NCBI GenBank assembly: GCA_965178125.1
Contig: OZ237735.1
Location: 930,001 to 994,000, forward strand
From: Bilabrum cf. latius
Taxonomy: Eukaryota
Direction: 5' to 3'
DNA: 64,000 nucleotides
Positions 30,001-41,600 of the stretch are shown here, piece by piece. The translations under genes and the position numbers were made by a program. The notes beneath the pieces are model-generated. The model did no database searches and was not told the origin of the DNA. It saw nothing but the letters and a program-made list of their open reading frames with translations. Position 1 is the first letter of the stretch; each line of letters opens with the position of its first letter.

Positions 30001-32666
30001 AGCCCGCTGCCCACTGTCACGCTCCCGCTCAGACCCGCCGTGGACTTGCCAGATACCACCGACACCGTGCCCGACGCTCCGGCAGACCCCACGCCATCCG
30101 CCGACCGCACCGTCACCAGCCCGCTCGTGGCCTCGCTGGCGCCCACGCCAGATGCCACGGACACCAGCCCGCCCGTGCTCGACGTGTCCGTCGACTCACC
30201 GCCGAACACGTACACCGACCCGCCCACGCCCGATGACGCCTTCGAAGACGTCACTGACACAGATCCAGACGCGCCCAGCGAGGACTCGCCGGCCGACAGC
30301 ACCAGCCATCCCACAGACCCGGACCCCACGTTCCCGGACTCCACCAACACATGGCCGCTGCTGCCCACGTGCGCCGCGCCGCTACGCAGCACCAGCCCGC
30401 CCGACGGGCCGCCGGAGCTCACGCCCGATCCCACCGTCACCGACCCAGACCCGGAGCTTGACGCAGACCCGGACTCCAGACTCACAGACCCAGACGACCC
30501 CTTCACGCCAGACCCAGATGACACAGACACAGACCCGGACTCGCCCACCGTCGCAGACCCAGACCCCACTGACACTGACCCAGACGTGCCCGACCCTGCA
30601 AGCCCGCTGCCCACTGTCACGCTCCCGCTCAGACCCGCCGTAGACTTGCCAGATACCACCGACACCGTGCCCGACGCTCCGGCAGACCCCACGCCATCCG
30701 CCGACCGCACCGTCACCAGCCCGCTCGTGGCCTCGCTGGCGCCCGCGCCAGATGCCACGGACACCAGCCCGCCCGTGCTCGACGTGTCCGTCGACTCACC
30801 GCCGAACACGTACACCGACCCGCCCACGCCCGATGACGCCTTCGAAGACGTCACTGACACAGACCCAGACGCGCCCAGCGAGGACTCGCCGGCCGACAGC
30901 ACCAGCCATCCCACAGACCCGGACCCCACGTTCCCGGACTCCACCAACACATGACCGCTGCTGCCCACGTGCGCCGCGCCGCTACGCAGCACCAGCCCGC
31001 CCGACGGGCCGCCGGAGCTCACGCCCGATCCCACCGTCACCGACCCAGACCCGGAGCTTGACGCAGACCCGGACTCCAGACTCACAGACCCAGACGACCC
31101 CTTCACGCCAGACCCAGATGACACAGACACAGACCCGGACTCGCCCACCGTCGCAGACCCAGACCCCACTGACACTGACCCAGACGTGCCCGACCCTGCA
31201 AGCCCGCTGCCCACTGTCACGCTCCCGCTCAGACCCGCCGTGGACTTGCCAGATACCACCGACACCGTGCCCGACGCTCCGGCAGACCCCACGCCATCCG
31301 CCGACCGCACCGTCACCAGCCCGCTCGTGGCCTCGCTGGCGCCCACGCCAGATGCCACGGACACCAGCCCGCCCGTGCTCGACGTGTCCGTCGACTCACC
31401 GCCGAGCACGTACACCGACCCGCCCACGCCCGATGACGCCTTCGAAGACGTCACTGACACAGACCCAGACGCGCCCAGCGAGGACTCGCCGGCCGACAGC
31501 ACCAGCCATCCCACAGACCCGGACCCCACGTTCCCGGACTCCACCAACACATGACCGCTGCTGCCCACGTGCGCCGCGCCGCTACGCAGCACCAGCCCGC
31601 CCGACGGGCCGCCGGAGCTCACGCCCGATCCCACCGTCACCGACCCAGACCCGGAGCTTGACGCAGACCCGGACTCCAGACTCACAGACCCAGACGACCC
31701 CTTCACGCCAGACCCAGATGACACAGACACAGACCCGGACTCGCCCACCGTCGCAGACCCAGACCCCACTGACACTGACCCAGACGTGCCCGACCCTGCA
31801 AGCCCGCTGCCCACTGTCACGCTCCCGCTCAGACCCGCCGTGGACTTGCCAGATACCACCGACACCGTGCCCGACGCTCCGGCAGACCCCACGCCATCCG
31901 CCGACCGCACCGTCACCAGCCCGCTCGTGGCCTCGCTGGCGCCCACGCCAGATGCCACGGACACCAGCCCGCCCGTGCTCGACGTGTCCGTCGACTCACC
32001 GCCGAACACGTACACCGACCCGCCCACGCCCGATGACGCCTTCGAAGACGTCACTGACACAGATCCAGACGCGCCCAGCGAGGACTCGCCGGCCGACAGC
32101 ACCAGCCATCCCACAGACCCGGACCCCACGTTCCCGGACTCCACCAACACATGGCCGCTGCTGCCCACGTGCGCCGCGCCGCTACGCAGCACCAGCCCGC
32201 CCGACGGGCCGCCGGAGCTCACGCCCGATCCCACCGTCACCGACCCAGACCCGGAGCTTGACGCAGACCCGGACTCCAGACTCACAGACCCAGACGACCC
32301 CTTCACGCCAGACCCAGATGACACAGACACAGACCCAGACGTGCCCGACCCTGCAAGCCCGCTGCCCACTGTCACGCTCCCGCTCAGACCCGCCGTGGAC
32401 TTGCCAGATACCACCGACACCGTGCCCGACGCTCCGGCAGACCCCACGCCATCCGCCGACCGCACCGTCACCAGCCCGCTCGTGGCCTCGCTGGCGCCCA
32501 CGCCAGATGCCACGGACACCAGCCCGCCCGTGCTCGACGTGTCCGTCGACTCACCGCCGAACACGTACACCGACCCGCCCACGCCCGATGACGCCTTCGA
32601 AGACGTCACTGACACAGATCCAGACGCGCCCAGCGAGGACTCGCCGGCCGACAGCACCAGCCATCC
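1..32666 (-). repeat. Coding tandem array, 600-bp unit (200 aa), about 54 copies in window, continuing past the left edge
   Basis: The sequence repeats with a 600-bp period and only a few SNPs per unit. There are six +90-bp insertions and two -45-bp deletions. Minus-strand unit: SSGSVSLESGSASSS GSGSVTVGSGVSSGG PSGGLVLRSGAAHVG SSGHVLVESGNVGSG SVGWLVLSAGESSLG ASGSVSVTSSKASSG VGGSVYVFGGESTDTSS TGGLVSVASGVGASEA TSGLVTVRSADGVGSAG ASGTVSVVSGKSTAG LSGSVTVGSGLAGSG TSGSVSVGSGSATVG ESGSVSVSSGSGVKG. Confidence 0.97.
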
Positions 32667-35600
32667 GACGCTTCCGGAAGCTGATGTTCCTGAGCTTATC
32701 GTGATTTCTCCAGAACGTCCTCTTGATACACTACCTGTTTGCATTTTCAGGCCGCCAGAGTTTCCTGATGTTGCATCGCCGCTTGTAACCGTTACTAATC
32801 CGGAATCTCCTGATGTTGATTCACCAGTTATTAGTTGGACTTGACCAGTCGTTCCTGCTAACGTGGTTCCAGTTTTTATTCTTACAGATCCAGAATTCGT
32901 GTTGCCGGAGTTGCCAGTTGAGACTTCTATTTGACCGGATTGACCTCGAGTTGAATCTCCTGTTGACAGTGATACGGAGCCTGAAGTAGCTGATGCGGTG
33001 CTTCCAATGGCTGTTCTAATATCAATGTAGCCGGTGCTTGACCCAATGCCGCTGGTACCGCTTGTAAGTTTTATGGAGCCGCCTTGGTGGACGCTTGAGT
33101 CGGTTTGGCCAGCGGAGAGCAGGATAGATCCCCCAGATCTCGTTTTGGCCTGACCAGCACGTACCTACACCTGACCGGCTTCACCATTGTTTGAAGATCC
33201 AGCTGACAGAGTTACCCAACCTGCATCACCGGATGCTGTATGACCTGTCGCAAGATACACTTGGCCTGAAGTCCCGTGGGAAACAGTACCAGTTGACACC
33301 TGAACTGATCCGCTGCCTGCTCCCGCTGCTGTACTTCCAGTCGAAAGATGAATTGTGCCAGAGAGACCGGTATCCGCAGATCCAGTTTTCAGAGAAATAT
33401 CCCCACTTGATGCAGACGTGCCAGTGACAGCCGGAGATCGAATGTGAACATGCCCAGAGCTGGATGACAGGCTGGCCCCAGACACCAAAGAAAGCAAGCC
33501 TCCAGTTCTGGCTGGTACATTGGAGCCAAGACTATTGCCGGCTTGAATATACATCAGAGCACCAGAGAGCTGCTCTGAAGTACCAGCCACTATGCTCATT
33601 GTACCTGCTCTTCTATCTGCTAGACCTGTGGTGAGCAAAGCGTTGCCACTATTGGAGTTTGATGAACGACCGGTCGAAAACAGGAGGTCTCCAGACGCTT
33701 CAACATCAATTTGGCTGCTTGGTACTGTTGACGCTCCTGACATAACACGAATGGAACCAGACACTCCAAGCGTATTATCACTTGACCTGATAGAAACCAG
33801 TCCTGTCGTACCAGCTTCAACCGTGCCCGAAGCAATTTCGACTCTCCCACTCATCCCTGACACCGTTGACCCTGACAGAACCGATACACTGCCACTGTCA
33901 ATGCTATTAGCTGCCACATTGGCAGACCTCAATTGTACCCAACCAGAGGTCGATACAGACCCAGCGCCAGAAACGATGTCAATGGCGCCCCCAACAGCGG
34001 TGCTGTCAAGGGTGTTGCCGCCTAGTACACGGACCATGGCCCCGTTACCTACCCCTGTTGAGCCAGGCGCGACGTCTACTCGCCCAGCTGAGCCCTACGT
34101 CGCAGATCCAGAGCCCAAGGAGACATCGCCAGAGTCCCCACCGGTTGAAATGCCAGACCCGATCTCAATTCCACCAGATGTGCCAGCCGCCGTGGAGCCG
34201 GACTAGATCACGGTACTTCCAGATGAAGTCACGCTACTGCTTGCAGAAAGAATACTCACATCACCGCTCGTGACAGATCCTTTCCCAGACAGAACAAGTA
34301 TGTTGCCACCTGAACCACTGGTGGAGTCTCCGGCCGAAACTGTAACATCCGCCCCCGCTCCACTGTCAGAGCTACCGGCAGCGATTTGAATAGAGCCTGA
34401 CCTGCCCCCTGAAGCTGCACCCGTTGCTAGATATAAGGTTCCAGCGTTGTCAGTAGCTGTACTTCCAGTGAAAATAGACACGTCGCCGGATTGTCCGGAA
34501 CTGCTGGCATCAGCAGACCGAATCGAGACATGGCCTGATGACGACGATGTACCGCCTCCGGAAGCAAGCGACAGCAACCCTCCACGGCCTTCGGCATGCA
34601 GACTAGCTCCTGCCCTGAGGCGAAGCTGCGCTCCATTACCGCTTGTGGAGCTGCCTGGAATCACATCAATGTCTCCTGCTTGGCCAAGCAACGGGGACCC
34701 AGTCTGCACTCTCACGCTGCCGGATGGCCCTTGCTGGGGGGTACCGGAACCAAGCATAAGCGACCCGCTAGCTGCTTGCTTCACATTCCCTGTCTGAATT
34801 GAAATACTTCCACTAACAACACTGGCAGCGGTTCCTGCAGCAGAAAACATGCGAATCGATCCAGTTATGCCATCACTGCTGCCGCCAGAGAGCAGAGACA
34901 AAACACCTCCATTTTGCGCAGTTCCAGTGGCTGCGCCGGCAGCAATAAATGTCGAAGAGCCTGTACCGCTACTGGAAGGGCCAGGGTTGATCTAGATCGT
35001 TCCAGCTGTACCCGAAGTTGGTGCACCGGTTCGAATCTTGACGTCACCGCTTCTGTACGAGTCACTGGATCCCGTACTGACATACACTGCACCAGAACTA
35101 GCACCCCTACTGTCACCAGTGAAAATGCTGACCGATCCAGACGAAGCTAAAGTTGTAGCCCCGGAATGTAACTCGATTGTGCCACTACCTGATCCTTCGG
35201 ACGAGCCAGACATCACTGCAATAGAGCCTGAGCTTCCTAGTTCCGTGTTTCCAGTCGACAACAGAATCTATCCTGTCTAGCCTTGCGGATTTGCGCTTTG
35301 CGTCCGAAGCAAAATGCTCCCTGTCTCAAACTAGGAGCTGGATCCTGTTAGCACGTCGAAGCTCCCCCCGCGAGAATTCGCTCCTCCTGTGGTACCTGGC
35401 CGCACAACAACATCCCCCCCATTTCCAGAGTCACCGAGTCCAACTTCAATCCGAATCGCTCCACCGGCACCAGCTGTTGCTGCGCCAGAAAACAACGAAA
35501 TAGCGCCAGAGGGTCCACTTGCAGATGTACCAGTTTCTAAAAGCATGTGTCCGCTTGACCCCCCAGGCCCGCTATTCTGCGAGCGAATACGAACGCTTCC

Positions 35601-38600
35601 AGAAGAAGTCTCAAGCGACTTCCCCGAAACTAGCTCGATGGTGCCACCTGCCCTTGTGCGCGCTGAGCCTGCTTCAACATAAACAGGGCCGCCTGAGTTC
35701 TGTCCGGATCCAGTAGCACTGCCGGCAACAATGCTCACACTGCCACCAGATATACCTGTCACGTCGTTAAGGGCACGTGTTGAGCCTGCCTGAATAACAA
35801 CGTCGCCTCCATCTAGAGTTCCATCACCTGAACCAACTGAAATGCTGATGCTACCACCAGATCCCCCAATTCCAGATCCCGAACGAAGCAAAATTTCTCC
35901 GCCACGGCCTCCGAACGAGTTCATACCGTCTCCACTCGATATATCAACAACTCCCCCAGCTGCTTGATTGCCCTGCGTTGATCCGGCAGATATTGAGATA
36001 GAACCGCCAGAATAGTCGGAGAATGGATTCATAGAATCTCCGACTGAAAGCGATATGTTCCCACCTCTACCCTGAGTTCCATCCGCTGTTGAGATGTTCA
36101 CGGCCCCCGTGTCACCAACTGCTGATTTTCCCGTCCGTAGTACGATATTGCCACTCTACCCTCTTAGTCCGCCATCAGATGATAACATTGAGAGAGAACC
36201 AGACTAGAACAGACTGCTCTTTCCACTACGGATAAGGATATCGCCACCGTCATCCCCTTCGGAATACCCTGCGTCCAACGTAACAGATCCACCTTTCTTG
36301 GAGTCAATCGCCGTGACAGGTCCGGCTACAATTGATATGCCCCCACCTCTTGCACCACTTCCAACGGAACCTCCACTACGAATTGTTACCTGGCTGCTGC
36401 GATCAGTTGATGCGCCATCGCCAGAGCGAATACTAATATCTCCAGCGCGAGAGCCACGGCTGGAAATACCAGTTCCAGTTCGAATGCTTATGTTTCCGCT
36501 TGCGCCTCCGAACGACAACCCAGTTTTGATGTCGACATTGCCGGATTCTCCATCGAGGCCAGAGTCGGCCGAAGCCAAAACCACTCGACCACTCGAACCA
36601 ACTATGCTAGAGCCACTTAGAATCGAGGTGTCTCCACCAGAACCCGTCAATGCGATTCCAGCAGCAATCGAGACGTTTCCCCCATATCCAGCAGATTCCC
36701 CAACGGACCGCCCGGCGAGGATCGTCACACCTCCTCCTTCTCGAGCTGAGTCGCCACTAAAAATCTCGACCTGTCCACCAGCGACATCTGCAAGTGTTGA
36801 ACCAACTTGAATTGAAATATTTCCAGGTCTACCAGCCTCGCTGCTTCCAGACGTGACCCGAACATCACCACCCTGTCCACCTTGAATATGAGTGGAGTTA
36901 CCAGCCAGCAGCTCAATTGATCCTCCAGAAGCCATGTAACCGGTCGTGGAACCCGGAGCGATCACGAAATCTCCAGCTGCTCCGCCCCCAGCGTCACCTG
37001 TTCCGACGCTCACAGCCCCGGATGATCCCGTTTCAGAGTTACCTGATCTGATCAACACATCACCAGAGTTGCCATACAGTGTAGGACCTGAGCCTATCGA
37101 AACCATGCCGGACTGGTCATCTCTCCCAGAAGCACCTGTATGTATCTCTACGTCCCCGCTGCTGCTTCGAGAGGAGTCTCCAGATCGAATCGAAACAGAC
37201 CCACCTTTGCTGGCAACAGAACTACCAGCAGCAATCACTGTATCCCCACCGGTACTGGACTCTGAACTCGACGCTGATCCGGCCAATATACTCACTGAGC
37301 CTCCTGTACCCTTGTATCCATCCGAATTTCCGGCAGAAACGAGTACAGAGCCAGAAGTAGCCGAATCTTCACCGGATCCGCCAGCTGCGACCGTAATGGA
37401 GCCAGAGACCCCGAACTACGAATCCCCAGACTTCACGTCAAGACCTCCTGACCCGTCTACAGCTGTTCCCGATCCAATCAGTACAGAGCCAGACTCGGGT
37501 GAAATCGCCGAAATGAGTGAAACATTCCCGCTGCGTTTCTCTATTGATGAACCACTTCTTAGAATAATGTCGCCGCCGTCGCTGGCAACTCCTCTCCCAG
37601 CAACGGCCTCAAAAACACCCCCGGTGTATCCAGCTCCAGCAACAATTCGAACAGCGCCTCCAGCATCAGAAGGTTTTTTAGGCTCCAAAACACTTCCGCC
37701 AGACAGCTCAGCAACACCTGGCTGCCCTTGGCGCACCGAGCCGACCTGGAGGCGCACGCTACCGCTGGATCCTCTGTCAGTGTCTCCAGATGCCACAAAC
37801 GTTGTACCAGTGTTTCCAAACCGAGTCGACCCTGACACTACTGAGACTGCCCCAGAGCTAGACAGTCGGTTCAGTTGATTTGATGTCCCACTTGCAGAGT
37901 GTAACAGCACGTCTCCGGACGTTGATAGTGCGCCGAAGGCCTCACCAGAGTGCATCGTGAGAGCACCGCCAGCCAAAGTGTCTTGGTGGGATGAGCCTGC
38001 GGATACTTTCACCATCCCGCCAACTTGACTGCTCCCCGCCACCACATTCACAGCACCACCTTGTCCACGACTAGACGAAGAGTTGCCGGCATGAACAAAA
38101 AGGGTACCTCCACGGATGTCCGAATCCAAGCTGCCCAGTGCAGAACCAGCGAAGACAGAAACATCTCCTCCAGATGCCTCGTAGCCGTTGCCACCAAGAA
38201 CTTGCACTGAACCGCCAAGTGACTAGATTCCAAGCTGTTCACTTCCACTGCCTGCTGCGAGCATGGCGCTACCTGCAACAGACACTCCACCAGAAGAATC
38301 AGGCCCGCCAACATCAGAGATGGAACCAGCTCGAAGTTCCACACTGCCTGCCTTTCTCCTGCCAGCTCCAGCGGATACGACCACATCACCTGAGGACTCA
38401 AAACCCTCCCCACTCGCAATGTGAACACTACCAGAGCTACCAGCTCTCGCTGGTCCAGACGATACCTCAACTCGACCCGTGCCCTAGCGCGCGCCATCCG
38501 ACCCTGCTGTACTGACGAATGCACGCCCCGAACCTGCTTGCCCTACTCCAGAAATTAGCATTACATCACCACCAACGCCACTTTCGGAAGAGCCACCTTT

Positions 38601-41600
38601 CATGGTAGCTGAGCTACTTTCGTCGGTTGTCGACAAACCAATAGAGGCGCCACCGATGCCGTTCCCGCTCCCGGCTTGCAAGTCGACGGATCCTCCCCTA
38701 ACTCCTCCCGGCCCTGCAGATATCGAAACGCTTGCGCCGACTCCAACTCTAGAGTTTCCTGCTGTCACGGTGACGTTGCCAGGATCCTCAACTGCATTCC
38801 CAGTAGAAAGTCGTAGCCCGCCCGATCCTTCGATTCCACTACCAGTGTCCAGGCTAACTGGTCCACTGCTTGACACAGAGGAAGCCGATGAAATGCGGAC
38901 TCCACCGGAACCCCCTGCTGCATTTCCTGAAACCATCACAGCCGAACCTCCCATGTCTCCTCTGGGTCCTTCCGCGTGCAGTCTAGCCCCTGTACCAGAT
39001 GGCGATGATCCACCTTCGACCACAGCACTGCCAGACCTAGACGCTAGCGAGAATCCACCTCGAACCACAACATTGCCACCATCTGACTGTTTTGATGTTC
39101 CAGCTAGAACGGATACATCTCCAGAGTCTAGAGTTGAGTCCCCAGATCGAACAACAATACCTCCTGACGCACCGCTTCCATTTCCAGATGTGATACTCAA
39201 GCTTCCGGATGGTGCCCCGCGCGAGCTTGCCTCCCCTGATCGGATCTGTACATCTCCTCCTGGCCCAGTTCTGCTGCTTCCAGCTGTCACCTCAACCATC
39301 CCGCCTTGCACTGCAGAACTATTCGAGTTTCCGGATAAAATTCTGATATCGCCTGGTACAACTCGCGAGTGAGCATGACTTGCTCGCCCATCGCCGGCTT
39401 GGAGGGTGATCGAACCAGCTGCGCCTCTTCTTCCAGTAGCAGAGCCCGTCGCTATTTCCAGGCTCCCGGAATCAGCATCCTTGCCGAATGCGTTCCCAGA
39501 AGAAAGAGTGACCTGACCTGTTGTGCTAGCGTTGCTTCCTGTCTGAATACTGAGCTACCCAGTCGAAGCGTTAGCTGCAGAGGCATCTGCCGTTCTAACT
39601 ACCACTGCGCCTGTCGCGTCGTTTGATGGTCCAGATTCAACCAGGACTTCGCCTCCACGCCCCGCGAGCGCCAGTCCGCCCCGAATTGCAACTGCACCTC
39701 CAATGCTCTGATTGGATGGCCCTGTTGATGCACCGCCACGAATGCTCACAGTACCCGCATTTGCAACTGCACTGGCACCACCGGTCAGGAATACGCTAGC
39801 GCTTCGATTCGATAGCGACTTCCCAGCTTCTAGCCGAATGCTTCCAGGGTGTGACGCAGCTCCAGTGCGGATTGATACCGCTCCACTTGAGCCCTTGTTC
39901 GAAGTTGTGTTGCCTGACACAAACGCAATTGAGCCTGTGTGCAAGTATCTACCGCCGACAGTGGATACTACGACGTTTCCACCTGTGCCATTAGACCTTG
40001 ATGGACCTCCCGTGAGCTTGGCGGTCCCACCTAATAGTGTACCGGCTCCGCCAGATACTTCTGCAAGTCCTCCCTGCAGTCCACCTCCGCCACGGATAGC
40101 AACTGCGCCCCCTGACGACACTCCGGATCCGCCGTGCACCGCAACAGATCCGCCAGATGCGTCCTTACTTGACCCTCCCATTACTTCGACCTCCCCTGCA
40201 TGCGTCTTGCCGGACCCACCAACCACTCGCACCGCTCCAGCTACTTCAACTGCATTCCCGGAACCAACTAAAACGTTACCAGTCGATGATGCGTTTGCAG
40301 ATCTCACAGAAACAGAACCGCTAGTACCCACTACCGAACCACCAGAGACGAGCTCGGCATGACCACCTCTGGCATCTGTGGACAGCCCACCAGCGACAAG
40401 TACTGACCCGGCAGACGAACCTGTTCCTGCGTGCCCACCGACTACATGTACGTGACCTGCAGAACCGTTCAAGTGCGCTTCGCCACCGCCAACTCTCACT
40501 GATCCGGCACTTCCACGGAATGAAGAACCTCCTTGCAACTGGACTTCTCCGCCAAAGCCAGACTCTCCGGTACCATTACCAGCATGCATATACAAACCTC
40601 CACTAGCACTGGCAGATCCAGATGAACGCAAATAAATGGACCCTGCATCACCATCGCTTGAGCCATTCCCAGACGAAATGTGAACATTACCACCTGTTCG
40701 CAAGCCAGATGATTTGGAGGCAGGAAGAAGCTTCCCTCCACGAATCCATACATCTCCTGCCTGGACACCTTGGGATGCACCAGCTTCGACCAGCACGTTG
40801 CCCTTCCCTGATGTCGACGTGCCACCGACTACTTCGACTGTACCAGGGTTCCGGGCAGTGCCGGTTGAGATTCGAACAGCACCGCTACCTGACTACGAAT
40901 CGTGCGACTTCAACTCTACTGATCCACTGGATGCTTCTCCTGACGTCGTGTTGCCTGAGACTATTGATACTGAGCCTCCCTGTACGTGGCCAACCCCAGC
41001 TGTAATACCAACTGATCCACCATGCGAATGTCCTGCACCTGGCAGTATCAAGACGTCCCCAGATGTACCATTCGATGACCCTGACGACACAACCACATCC
41101 CCAGATACCTCGCTGCCATTTCCCGATCGAAGTACGAGTTGTCCACTTCTTTGAGTGGTCAATGTAGACTGCGAGGATACAAACGACCCTGAAGTGATGG
41201 ACACGTCCCCAGTAGCGTTTCGCGAATTCGGCAGGTAGGAGAAACGCTTGTGCCTTGACTGCATCGCTGCAACAAGGTCAATCGCAATACGAATCTTGTT
41301 GACCTCGTGAAAATCCTCCAACTTAAACCCGGCTTCATCGAAGCTCATCTCGTCATTAACTGTGATATACTCTGGAAATACCTCGCGTACCTCTTGAGCA
41401 ATTACACCACGAACTGTCCTATCCTCAATACCACGTACCCGTCGCCAGACATCGGTGTACCGATATCGCTTCACTCGTAGCTTCAGCATGCGGTGCATAA
41501 GCTCGTCTTCATCCACAGATACAATGTCTTCCTTGATCCTTCTGTCGGATGGGGAAATCACTTCCACGAGCTCGGCCGGAACGTGAGAGAATATCTTGTC

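Noticed and set aside
1-32666. CRISPR array or non-coding satellite
   Set aside because: There is no repeat-spacer structure. The unit is 600 bp, frame-preserving and continuous with unique coding sequence.
23-32844. Long plus-strand ORFs (PDPTDT-rich and TQTRP-rich, up to 6676 aa)
   Set aside because: They are antisense shadows of the Gly/Ser/Val minus frame. They are broken by SNPs that are synonymous on the minus strand and do not continue coherently outside the array.
41244-41552. Phage or prophage origin of the window (TAG=Gln phage with a tail fibre)
   Set aside because: Spliceosomal introns, VPS26 and a signal peptide with PSI exons indicate a eukaryotic nuclear locus; no other phage genes are seen.
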